NCBI GenBank assembly: GCA_024998755.1
Contig: JACEUU010000003.1
Span: 1,417,601 to 1,481,600 of the forward strand
Length of the DNA: 64,000 bases
Direction: 5' to 3'
Source of the DNA: Vampirovibrio sp.
GTDB lineage: Bacteria > Cyanobacteriota > Vampirovibrionia > Vampirovibrionales > JAJTHC01
Under the pieces are notes generated by a model, which was not told the origin of the DNA, did no database searches, and was given only the letters and a program-made list of their open reading frames with translations. How positions within the stretch are numbered: the stretch's first letter is position 1; each line of letters begins with the position of its first letter. The translations under genes were made by a program, and so were the position numbers. Shown here piece by piece: positions 40,300 to 49,277 of this stretch.

Positions 40300-42303
40300 T
40301 TACCATGCCCCTTCTTCTTGTGGTTGTTCCACGGCGGGTACGGCGTAGGAATCGCCTTTATCAATTCGCCGAACGGGGGTGGGTTCTAGTTGGTTTAAAA
40401 TATGAGGGGTTAGCATAATCAGCAATTCACTGCGGTTTGCACTGGTGGATGTACTTCTGAACATAGCCCCCACAATGGGTAAATCCCCCAAGCCCGGTAG
40501 TTTGCTTTGGCTTTGGGTCGTTCGGTTATCTAATAACCCACCAATAATGAGGGTTTGCCCATCTTTTACTTGGACTTGTTGGGCTACTAAATCTCTGCTA
40601 CGCACCAACTGGATGGTGCTAGTACCGCTCACAATTTTATCGTATACAGAAGTTACGGAAGGGCGTACCCGCATGGTAACCGTGCCGTTTGCCCCAATTT
40701 TTGGCAGAATATCTAAAATAATACCCGCTTGCCCAATTAAGGGGGCTGTTTGCCCGAAAAACTGACTATTGCCCGTGCTGAAGCTTTCGCCTCGGAGAAT
40801 ATCATCAACAATGCTGATGACGGTTTCAGAATCATGCGTGGCAACAATTGAAGGGTTTGCTAGGTTTTTGGCTTTCCCTGTTTGATATAGGGCATTGAGT
40901 TGCACGGAAAGGATATCGCCTAACCCACCGGATTGGTTATACAGGGCTTGAGAAAGCCCTCCGGGAGACAAACTACCCAGTGTAAAGCCCCATTTTCCGC
41001 CGTCGTTATATTGAAATAATGCCCCTAATGTTTTTAGACTCGAAGCACTGACTTCCACTAAGGTGGCTTGAATGGAAACTTGTGCAGGACGAGAATCTAG
41101 CAGGCTTAATAGGGTTTCAACGGATTGAAATTGTTGGGGGGAAGCAAACACCGTTAGCGTATTTAAGCGGGTATCTGGTATGGCTACAGACCCCATACTG
41201 GGTATGGCAAACGTACCTGAAGTCATGGTTTGGCTTCGCACAGTAATACTGCTAGGTAATGAACCCACTGAAGAGCCGGTGGCGTTTAAGCCACTACTAC
41301 CACCAATACTGTTAGTGTTGGTAGATGATGAACCCGAAGTGCCATTACTACTGCTGCTTGATGCTGTTGTAGATGAAGTACCCCCGCCGCTCCCACCACT
41401 TGAACTACTACCCGTTTGCCCGACGGAATTGCTACCGCTACCTTCTGTAATTTGTTCTTGGGCAATGTTAATGGTTGGTCCGCCTGTGGCTGAAGCACCG
41501 CTACCCCCACCGGCATCCCCATCGTTAAAAATAGAGGCGTTTAGTTGCTGAGCCACTTGCACGCTGTTGGCGTAGGAAAGTTGATAGACTCTGCGTTCAC
41601 GTTGTTTGTCTAATTGCGGAATTAAATCAGCAATTAGTTTCACTTGCTCTGCTGACCCCATCACTAGCAGTTGATTATTTTTCATATCCGCCTGCAGGGT
41701 GGGGGCTTGGTTACCGCTGGTATTGTTATTGGTAGAGGTAGAGGAACCACTGCCACTGCTACCACTACTACTGGCAGAAGAACGATTACTACTGTTAAAA
41801 ATACCTTGTTGTAGCAAGGTTACAATACGGCTGGCGTTTGCGTATTTTAGTTGAAATACACTGGCTTGTGAGCGTTGCAACCCTAAAATTTGCGTGGAAG
41901 AAAGCGGGGCTACTAACAAAATGTTACTACCTTGTTTTGAAAAACCTAAGCCCGAAATTTGGCAGATGGTTTCAATGGCTTCTTGGGGGGTAACGTTGTG
42001 TAAGCTAACGCTAACTTGCCCTGTTACGGCTTGGTTTAGCACAAGGTTTAAGTGCCCCCGTTGGGCTATTTGCCTTAGCACTTCGGGCAAACTGGCGTTA
42101 TCTACTTCAATAGAAAGTTTTCTGCTAGTTTGCTGGGTTACAAAGGCAGGTTGGCTAGCTGCTTGGGCTTCAAGCTGTATTAATAGCCCACTGCTAATTA
42201 ATCCACTGGTAAAAATGCCTAGCATCAATAGGGGAAGCACGTTAAACAGCGTAACGGATGGCTTCTTTTTCGGTTGTTTTCGGTTGAAAAATAGGGGAGG
42301 CAT
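40300..42303 (-). CDS. Secretin (GspD/PilQ family) #1
   Basis: SIEVDNASL, LKYANA, DTRLNTLTV, LANPSIVA, KLPGLGDLPIVGAMFR, RSELLIMLTP. Ser/Gly-rich loops. Confidence 0.9.
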   Translation of the reverse strand: MPPLFFNRKQPKKKPSVTLFNVLPLLMLGIFTSGLISSGLLIQLEAQAASQPAFVTQQTSRKLSIEVDNASLPEVLRQIAQRGHLNLVLNQAVTGQVSVSLHNVTPQEAIETICQISGLGFSKQGSNILLVAPLSSTQILGLQRSQASVFQLKYANASRIVTLLQQGIFNSSNRSSASSSGSSGSGSSTSTNNNTSGNQAPTLQADMKNNQLLVMGSAEQVKLIADLIPQLDKQRERRVYQLSYANSVQVAQQLNASIFNDGDAGGGSGASATGGPTINIAQEQITEGSGSNSVGQTGSSSSGGSGGGTSSTTASSSSSNGTSGSSSTNTNSIGGSSGLNATGSSVGSLPSSITVRSQTMTSGTFAIPSMGSVAIPDTRLNTLTVFASPQQFQSVETLLSLLDSRPAQVSIQATLVEVSASSLKTLGALFQYNDGGKWGFTLGSLSPGGLSQALYNQSGGLGDILSVQLNALYQTGKAKNLANPSIVATHDSETVISIVDDILRGESFSTGNSQFFGQTAPLIGQAGIILDILPKIGANGTVTMRVRPSVTSVYDKIVSGTSTIQLVRSRDLVAQQVQVKDGQTLIIGGLLDNRTTQSQSKLPGLGDLPIVGAMFRSTSTSANRSELLIMLTPHILNQLEPTPVRRIDKGDSYAVPAVEQPQEEGAW

Positions 42304-42325
42304 TGAAGGCGTGGCTTTTCTCTAT

Positions 42326-42416
42326 GTAGGGGTGCGATTTACTAGACCTGAAGGTCTATGCAAGGCAACGCATCCGTTTAGGGATTGTGGGCGGATGTCA
42401 TAAATGACACCCCTAC
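42326..42416. repeat. Inverted REP doublet with a 27-nt hairpin insertion
   Basis: GTAGGGGTGCGATTTA[CTAGACCTGAAGGTCTATGCAAGGCAA]CGCATCC...GGATGTCATAAATGACACCCCTAC. Otherwise similar to the reverse complement of 49067-49132. Confidence 0.75.
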
Positions 42417-42448
42417 CATTTTTATTATTAAAATAACTGTAAATAGGA

Positions 42449-43711
42449 TTATGGCTGGTTTAATTGCCGAAGTAATTTAATCAGTTCTTCATCGCTTAGT
42501 TTATTCGTTTTTTCTGAATCAGTGGTTGTTTGTGTTTGTGATTTCATGCCTGATGAAACAGGGGCATTGGGTTGCGAGGTGCCTGTTACGGTGAATTTAG
42601 GCACGGGGCGTCCAGCAGGCTTTAACTCATCGCCTGAAGTTTCTAAGCCTAGCACTTGTTTTACACCATCTACTGAAGCTTCTAGCTTATTGCTACCCCC
42701 CAGTTTTTTCAGCGTAACGGATTGCCCTTCTAGCGTAAAGGGTTTATTCAAGGGCTTAGCAAGGGTTTGTACACCACTGCCATTAGGTACTTCAATTAAA
42801 GCAACGGTTCTACCATCGGTTTTGCTTTGCACCCAACCCACAAACCGAATGGTAGGGGGAAGGGGTTCTTCTTCAATGTTAATAGCGCCGCCCACTTGGG
42901 TCAATACGTTAGCAGAAGCCACCCCACTGGCTGTAGGAAACGGACTAACGCTTCTGCCACCACGTGGAGGAGGCGTGTAATACCCTTGCGGATTTCTAGC
43001 CCCACCCGCATCCGTTGGTTCTTTAGGGGAAAAATGCTTTACCAGTTCAATTGAAGGCTTTAGCGGGTCTGCCCGTTTATAGCCTTTTGAAGAAGTGGTG
43101 GGTTTTTCTGATTGAACGGAAGCGAGCAAACTAAGGGCTTCAGTTTGACGAAAATCAGCGTCTTTTTCTTCTATGGGGTGCACGCCTTCAATGACCGTGG
43201 CGGGCTGGCTTACGGCTTGGGCTTCTTTTGTGGTGGCTAGTAATGCGGTTGCGGTTGTTGAATCTACAAAGAAAGACTCGTCTGTATCATGCCAAATTTT
43301 TTGACCTACTTGGTAAGTGCCTATCGCCAAGAAAACCAAGGCGGTGGCGGTTATTAAAAAGGCAGCCACGGGTAACACCTTGGGGAAGAAGGCTTTAGTT
43401 AGGGTGTTTTTATCTTTTGTTACCCCTAAAAAGGGTTGCCACTGGGGTAGTGTTTGGGTGTTATGCCAATCCGTTTGGTCTTGTGGTGTTAGTGTGGTGG
43501 GTGCTGAATAGGCTAATTCAGGGCGAAGTGCGGTGGTGGTAAATGGTCCGCCAAACTTCGAGACGGTTTCAAAGGCTTTTTCTACGGGCTTTTCCCCAAA
43601 CGGAGACAGGCTTGAATGCGGGTTTGTTTTTGCCGGAAAGCTAGTGCCATTGTTTCGTGGCGAAGGGGTTGGTTTATGGGTGTTTTGAGAGGGTGGGTGT
43701 AGCACAAGCAT
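42449..43711 (-). CDS. Bitopic membrane protein upstream of the secretins (possibly PilP/GspC-like)
   Basis: Single TM helix, Pro-rich linker, C-terminal beta domain (IRFVGWVQ...ALIEVP). Its position before the secretins supports the guess. Confidence 0.5.
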   Translation of the reverse strand: MLVLHPPSQNTHKPTPSPRNNGTSFPAKTNPHSSLSPFGEKPVEKAFETVSKFGGPFTTTALRPELAYSAPTTLTPQDQTDWHNTQTLPQWQPFLGVTKDKNTLTKAFFPKVLPVAAFLITATALVFLAIGTYQVGQKIWHDTDESFFVDSTTATALLATTKEAQAVSQPATVIEGVHPIEEKDADFRQTEALSLLASVQSEKPTTSSKGYKRADPLKPSIELVKHFSPKEPTDAGGARNPQGYYTPPPRGGRSVSPFPTASGVASANVLTQVGGAINIEEEPLPPTIRFVGWVQSKTDGRTVALIEVPNGSGVQTLAKPLNKPFTLEGQSVTLKKLGGSNKLEASVDGVKQVLGLETSGDELKPAGRPVPKFTVTGTSQPNAPVSSGMKSQTQTTTDSEKTNKLSDEELIKLLRQLNQP

Positions 43712-43865
43712 CTCTTTCTGTTTGTTTTTTTGATAAGGACGTAGCGAATTCTCTCTGTTTATTTTTATAGTTTGACTTTAATTGCTTGAATTAGGTAAGG
43801 TGCTTGGGGGTAGAATCCATCAGTAGATGGAGAAAAATCGGGGCAAGGGGTTGGTAATCCAATCA

Positions 43866-44144
43866 AACAATAAATAGCGTAAAAAACGACCAACCAGTAG
43901 GAACGACCATCGCGTTTGCTCTGCAGTCGTCGATGCGTTCCGTCCACCGGAGGGTCAAAAAGAGCATCCCCCCGTCAATGCCCTTTTGGTGGCATAGGGG
44001 GGTGTCTTTTTGGGGGGATTTTAGGGGGCACCCCCTGAATTTTCGGGGGGTGTCGGGGGGGGTGCCAAACCGCAACCCCCTGACAAACCAACCAGCTAAA
44101 CCAAGGAACGACAATCGATGAGAGAACACACGATTCAAACGGTA
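43866..44144 (-). mobile_element. Family-1 repeat (copy N), containing an empty IS110 target (CT core 44080-44081)
   Basis: Reverse-complement family-1 interior containing GCAACCCCCTGACAAACC. Confidence 0.88.
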
Positions 44145-44299
44145 TATGTTTTTTACAAAAATGAACTCAACTGCAAGGTGGAACGAATCAATCAACCCCG
44201 TGTAAATTTTTCACAAGTATGTTATGATGTAACTAAATTGTAACAATCAAATAATCACACGCTTTATGCTTGCGTGTTAGTTGGAGAATACCCGTTGTG

Positions 44300-45118
44300 A
44301 TGATGATGATGATGACATCTGATAACATTGAAGCTCAAAGCTTCCCAGAATTAGGCAACACCCCCAATAGGGCTGAACGTATTTTAATTGTTGATGATGA
44401 GGCGAGCATTCGTCGGATTTTGGAAACTCGGTTTAAAATGTTGGGCTACGAAGCCATGGCGGCGGGCGACGGTGAAGAAGCCCTCGTGTTGTATGCCAAG
44501 TTTGAGCCAGATTTAGTGGTGTTGGATATTATGATGCCCAAACTGGATGGCTATGGGGTTACCAAAGAAATTCGCAAACGCAATGATACGCCGATTATTT
44601 TGCTCACAGCCTTGGGCGATGTTTCTGAACGTATTACGGGGCTTGAATTGGGGGCAGATGACTATGTTATTAAGCCCTTTAGCCCGAAGGAATTGGAAGC
44701 ACGGGTAAAATCTATTTTACGGCGTGTGGGGCAGAATAAACAGCAAAGTGGTGGTAATACTTTGAAGGAATCAAACGCCAATGTGCTGACGTTTGGCTTG
44801 GTGAAAATTGATTTTAATAAACGCCAAGTGTTTCGTAAGAATGAACGTATTCGGTTGACGGGTATGGAATTTTGCTTGCTAGAATTGTTAGCTTCTAACC
44901 AAGGTAAGCCGTTTTCACGGGGAGAAATTCTTCAGCACGTTTGGAGCTACCCTTCTGACCAACGCATTGATACCCGTGTGGTGGATGTGCATATTTCCCG
45001 CTTGCGTGAAAAGTTGGAATCAGACAAAGCCAACCCAGAGCTGATTTTAACCGCTAGGGGTATTGGGTATATGTTTGCCAAACTGGAAGGCTTGGATGAC
45101 CAAAATCGGAATAAGTAA
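44300..45118 (+). CDS. rpaB: OmpR-family response regulator, RpaB/Ycf27-like
   Basis: VDDEASIRRILETR, MPKLDGYGV, LTALGDV..RITGLELGADDY, LTGMEF.LLELL, DTRVVDVHISRLR.KLE.D..NPELILTARG.GY. These match cyanobacterial RpaB. Confidence 0.8.
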   Translation: MMMMMTSDNIEAQSFPELGNTPNRAERILIVDDEASIRRILETRFKMLGYEAMAAGDGEEALVLYAKFEPDLVVLDIMMPKLDGYGVTKEIRKRNDTPIILLTALGDVSERITGLELGADDYVIKPFSPKELEARVKSILRRVGQNKQQSGGNTLKESNANVLTFGLVKIDFNKRQVFRKNERIRLTGMEFCLLELLASNQGKPFSRGEILQHVWSYPSDQRIDTRVVDVHISRLREKLESDKANPELILTARGIGYMFAKLEGLDDQNRNK

Positions 45119-45123
45119 GAAGC

Positions 45124-46283
45124 TGAAGTTACGGAAAAAGGGCAAGGTAAAATAGAAGGGACATTATTCCACCTCTCATAGGATACCCCACCCCCATGAC
45201 TACCTTTGCCGACATCCAAATTCAACAAGCCACACCGACTCACAAATTCCTAGAGGAAATGAACCAAACCCTACCATGGCAACTATTTGAAACCATCCTC
45301 AAAACACACATCCACCACAAACCCAACGGCAGACCACCCTACAAACGCCTACTACTGCTCAAAATGAACCTCCTCAAAATATGGTTCAATCTCTCCTATG
45401 AACAAACCGAATTTCAATGCCACGACAGACTCTCCTTCCGAAAGTTTCTCGGCTTCTCCTTAGAATCCCCCATCCCTGAAGCCACGACACTCGAAAACTT
45501 CCAACACGAACTGCAAAACACCCCAGCCCAAGAAGCCCTTTTCTTAGCCTTAGACACCTTCTTCCAAGAGAACAACCTCATTCTTAAAGAAGGCAACTTG
45601 GTAGATGCCACCTTTATTAAAGCCAATAGCAAACAGAGAAAAAAGCCTGAAGACCAGAGCGACCCTGATGCCACTTATGGCTACAAAGGCTTTGGTTACA
45701 GTGCCACGGTTAATGTAGATGCTAAAAGCAAGTTGATTCGCAAGGTGGTTGTTACTGGTGCCAATGTGCATGACAGTCAGAGTTTACTGCCTGTACTGGT
45801 GGGCTATGAGCAGACTGTTGGTGCGGATAGTGGGTATGTGGGTAAGGAGAAGGATTTGAAGGCGTTGGGGATACAGCCGAGGATTATTAAGCGTCGTGTT
45901 CGGGGTAAGCAGCATGAACCAACGCCTGAGTTGACGGCTTCGCAGAAGCGGTTTAATGGGTTGGTTTCTAAGATTAGGGCAAGAGTGGAGCATGTGTTTG
46001 CGGGTTGGAAGACGGTGTTTAAGAAGGTTCGTGTGTCTTGTCGTGGGTTAGTGCGTGTTTCTGCGGAGATTTTGGGCTTGGCATTTGGGTATAATTGTCG
46101 TCGGTATGGTTTTTTGGTGAGGAGGGGGGTAGGTTTTAGTGGATTCTTGTATGGTTTTTAGGTAATTATGATCCGAAAAGAGTGGAAACAAGGGGTATTG
46201 TTCTGTTTTTTGAGCATTTTTGGTTGAATTTTATTAAAAAACACTCACTACTCCCACCTGCACACCCTTATTCCGTAACTTCA
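45124..46283 (+). mobile_element. IS5-family insertion sequence
   Basis: TIRs TGAAGTTACGGAAAAAGGG / CCCTTATTCCGTAACTTCA (one mismatch) enclosing a transposase. Confidence 0.9.
45196..46161 (+). CDS. IS5-family DDE transposase
   Basis: GRPPY, DRLSFR.FLG, VDATFI, ANVHD, ADSGY and R.RVEHVF motifs. Confidence 0.92.
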   Translation: MTTFADIQIQQATPTHKFLEEMNQTLPWQLFETILKTHIHHKPNGRPPYKRLLLLKMNLLKIWFNLSYEQTEFQCHDRLSFRKFLGFSLESPIPEATTLENFQHELQNTPAQEALFLALDTFFQENNLILKEGNLVDATFIKANSKQRKKPEDQSDPDATYGYKGFGYSATVNVDAKSKLIRKVVVTGANVHDSQSLLPVLVGYEQTVGADSGYVGKEKDLKALGIQPRIIKRRVRGKQHEPTPELTASQKRFNGLVSKIRARVEHVFAGWKTVFKKVRVSCRGLVRVSAEILGLAFGYNCRRYGFLVRRGVGFSGFLYGF

Positions 46284-46294
46284 AACATCTTTAA

Positions 46295-46426
46295 TACCAA
46301 GTAAACGATTAAATAGCGTGTTTAGCTTTACATCATGGGCGGACGACCACAAGGGTTCGCCCCTACGGTAGTCTGTTAATTTTTCCTTCGTAGGGGAGAC
46401 CCTTGTGGTCTCCCGAATCAGGATTA
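46295..46426. mobile_element. MITE left TIR plus REP doublet, interrupted by IS630-A
   Basis: TACCAAGTAAACGATTAAATAGCGT, then GGGCGGACGACCACAAGGGTTCGCCCCTAC / GTAGGGGAGACCCTTGTGGTCTCCC. Confidence 0.75.
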
Positions 46427-46428
46427 TA

Positions 46429-47006
46429 TAGCTGTTCCAATAATTATTGAGCTATAATAAGGAGGATAACGTTCACGAAAAAGGAGGATTCATCTATGGC
46501 ATATAGCGTCGATTTAAGACAACGAGTCGTTGATTGCATCAATCAAGAAAAAGAAACACAACAAGCCACCGTCATCCGATTCAAAGTCAGTCTCGCCACC
46601 GTCAAACGATGGGTCAAACGAACCTGTCTCATCCCCAAAAAACCAGGGGCAACCACCGCAACAAGCATCGACAGAAACCAACTACTCGCCATACAAAAAG
46701 CCAACCCCAGTGCCTATTTGGACGAATTGGCTCTCTTGCTCGGTTCTAAAAAATCCACCATTTCCTACAACCTCATTAAACTCGGCATTAGCCGTAAAAA
46801 AAAGCACGCTCTACCGAGAACGAAGTGAAGCCAAACGCACAGTTTATAAGCAGGAGATAGAACCGCTAACGCCCGCCAGTCTTGTGTTTGTGGATGAATG
46901 TGGGGTTGACCGTAGAAGCGTTGAACGCTTGTATGGTCGTTCCCCTAAAGGTGAACGGGTGCAGGAGGAAATTAGTGGTCAACGCACCGAACGTACCTCT
47001 ATTATA
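46429..47006 (+). mobile_element. IS630-family element A, 3'-truncated copy
   Basis: TA + TAGCTGTTCCAATAATTATTGAGC end, orfA 46496-46828 (MAYSVDLR..., HTH), A8 slippery run 46796-46803, start of the DDE ORF (FVDECG). Cut at TA 47005-47006. Confidence 0.9.
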
Positions 47007-47162
47007 TAGCTGTTCCAAAAGTTATTGAGCCATTTTAAAGGCTTGGGCAATGGCTTCATCTAAAGATAAGGTATCGGTTAGTAACCGACGAATTCTCGCC
47101 TTCAACGCCGACCAAAATCGCTCAATCGGATTCAAATCAGGACTGTCATACCAATTCCAAGT

Positions 47163-47753
47163 TTAAATAGCGTGTTGAATATAGGGGAAATAGGCGAACG
47201 ATTTCACCCACGCTGTATTAGCCTCTACCCAGCGTAAAGCCTTCACTAAATGAGCTTCCACTGCATCCAACGTCTCAAAATAAGCATTGCCAAAAAACCG
47301 AGTCCGAATACCCTTCCACAACTGCTCCACAGGGTTCAACTGCGGACTATACGGCGGTAAACAAACCAACCGAATGTTAGCAGGAACAACCAGCCCCCCA
47401 CTTCTATGCCAACCTGCACCATCCAAAACAAGCACAATCTCATCTGCAGGGTAACGCTCACTTAATTCACGTAAGAATACGTTCATCCAATCCGTATCCG
47501 CATACGGAAGAATCAACGAAACACTCTCTCCCGTCTTGGGTTCCATGGTACTATACGCATAGAGGTATTGCCGTATATGTTGAGCTTCCACTACTGAACG
47601 TTCACCCTTGGGTAACCATACTTTACGAACTTGGCAAATTTTGCCAAACCTCGCCTCATCCTGAAAAAATAGCCGAACTGGCTTTTTTACTGTTTTTGTA
47701 ACAGAGTTAACGAAGTCAGGAAGTTTTTTTGAAGAGGGTTTGAGCCTCATCAT
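47163..47753 (-). CDS. IS630-B transposase, DDE part (probably joined to orfA by -1 frameshift)
   Basis: FFQDEARFG, LVLDGAGWH, LPPYSPQLNPVEQLW. A7C slippery site at 47723-47730. Confidence 0.9.
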   Translation of the reverse strand: MMRLKPSSKKLPDFVNSVTKTVKKPVRLFFQDEARFGKICQVRKVWLPKGERSVVEAQHIRQYLYAYSTMEPKTGESVSLILPYADTDWMNVFLRELSERYPADEIVLVLDGAGWHRSGGLVVPANIRLVCLPPYSPQLNPVEQLWKGIRTRFFGNAYFETLDAVEAHLVKALRWVEANTAWVKSFAYFPYIQHAI

Positions 47754-48165
47754 TATGGTTGGGATGCACTGGGCGAGGTACTTTTGCCTTCCAATCGTGG
47801 CGATTGAGCAGGTTGTAAACAGTTTGAAAGATGACGGGTCTGCCCACCAGTGCGTTGAGTGCCTGGTGTAAATCGTAGATACCGACCTTACCTTTGTGGC
47901 GTTGTAGTAGGTCTATTTCGGCTTGTTTACTGGGTAGTAGGCTATTGCGTACAATCCCTTTTTTAGGATAGAGACTGTAAAGTCCGTGTTGTTGAACTTG
48001 GGCTTGAATGCGTTGGACGTGTCGAAAGCCGAAACCCGTATGTTGGGCTATTTCGGCTTGTGTTTTACCGTCGATTATTTTGAGTTTAATGCAGAGGAAT
48101 CGGCGATAGGTTTTCTTGTCGGTGAAGGTTTTTTCAAAGGCGAGTAAGTCTTCTTGGGTGATCAT
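47716..48165 (-). CDS. IS630-B transposase, N-terminal HTH part (orfA)
   Basis: HTH segment G.TQAEIAQHTG, winged-helix segment VYNLL.RH.W, PRP.HP, ending at the slippery site. Confidence 0.85.
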   Translation of the reverse strand: MITQEDLLAFEKTFTDKKTYRRFLCIKLKIIDGKTQAEIAQHTGFGFRHVQRIQAQVQQHGLYSLYPKKGIVRNSLLPSKQAEIDLLQRHKGKVGIYDLHQALNALVGRPVIFQTVYNLLNRHDWKAKVPRPVHPNHNDEAQTLFKKTS

Positions 48166-49035
48166 GATCAGACTCTTTCAAATAAACAATAATACCCCTC
48201 TATTATACGCTATTTAAACTTGGAATTGGTAGAAGGCGGTAAAAACAACAACCGACAACCCGCAGATTCAATCAGCTGTTGAATCTCCCAAGATTTATGA
48301 AAACTCGCATTATCCCCAATGACCGTCATCCCCGCCGTTAAACTCGGTAACAACTCATGTTCAACCCACGTCAAAATAACCTCGGTATTACAATAGCCCT
48401 TAAAACACCACGGGGCTAATGGCTTTCCACCCTGTAACCCTGCTATAATAGAGGTACGTTCGGTGCGTTGACCACTAATTTCCTCCTGCACCCGTTCACC
48501 TTTAGGGGAACGACCATACAAGCGTTCAACGCTTCTACGGCCAACCCCACATTCATCCACAAACACAAGACTGGCGGGCGTTAGCGGTTCTATCTCCTGC
48601 TTATAAACTCTGCGTTTGGCTTCACTTCGTTCTCGGTAGAGCGTGCTTTTTTTTACGGCTAATGCCGAGTTTAATGAGGTTGTAGGAGATGGTGGATTTT
48701 TTAGAACCGAGCAAGAGAGCCAATTCGTCCAAATAGGCACTGGGGTTGGCTTTTTGTATGGCGAGTAGTTGGTTTCTGTCGATGCTTGTTGCGGTGGTTG
48801 CCCCTGGTTTTTTGGGGATGAGACAGGTTCGTTTGACCCATCGTTTGACGGTGGCGAGACTGACTTTGAATCGGATGACGGTGGCTTGTTGTGTTTCTTT
48901 TTCTTGATTGATGCAATCAACCGACTCGTTGTCTTAAATCGACGCTATATGCCATAGATGAATCCTCCTTTTTCGTGAACGTTATCCTCCTTATTATAGC
49001 TCAATAATTATTGGAACAGCTATAACAGGGCTTTA

Positions 49036-49170
49036 TACCCATTCAAAGATTAAATGGCGTTTTTTTGTAGGGGCGTGATTCATCACGTCCGCTCCACAAT
49101 CCCGAAACGGATGCGATAAATCGCACCCCTACATAGAGAAAGCTATACGCTATTCAATCTTTTAATTGGT
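49036..49170. mobile_element. MITE with family-1-type TIRs carrying an inverted REP doublet
   Basis: TACCCATTCAAAGATTAAATGGCGT ... REP doublet 49067-49132 ... ACGCTATTCAATCTTTAATTGGTA. Confidence 0.82.
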
Positions 49171-49277
49171 ATAAGAACAAGATATTTAATCTTTAAATGG
49201 GGTGTGTGGGGTGTCCAAATGACACCCCACATGAAGCCCTAGCCCTTACCAATAAACCTATGAAGTATATTCATTAA

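Larger units (their letters stand above)
47147..48232 (-). mobile_element. IS630-family element B (apparently intact, candidate autonomous partner of the MITEs)
   Basis: Perfect 25-bp TIRs TACCAATTCCAAGTTTAAATAGCGT (47149-47173) and ACGCTATTTAAACTTGGAATTGGTA (48207-48231). Confidence 0.92.
47007..49022 (-). mobile_element. IS630-family element A, full-length inverted copy disrupted by IS630-B
   Basis: TIRs TAGCTGTTCCAAAAGTTATTGAGC (47007) and GCTCAATAATTATTGGAACAGCTA (49022), each flanked by TA. ATG at 48955. The LPP|YSPDLNPIE motif is split by the insertion. Confidence 0.9.

Noticed and set aside
40190-40306. N-terminal extension of secretin #2, which would place a REP doublet inside coding sequence
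   Set aside because: A signal-peptide-like sequence starts at ATG 40189, so the REP doublet is more simply intergenic. Not fully excluded.
39060-42980. Long antisense ORFs over the secretin genes (and similar ones over purM, folC, dnaE, treS)
   Set aside because: They are shadows of low-complexity or codon-biased sense genes and have no recognisable motifs.
45124-46283. Target-site duplication for IS5
   Set aside because: The flanks (…GAAGC and AACAT…) share no direct repeat. Only the TIRs are reported.
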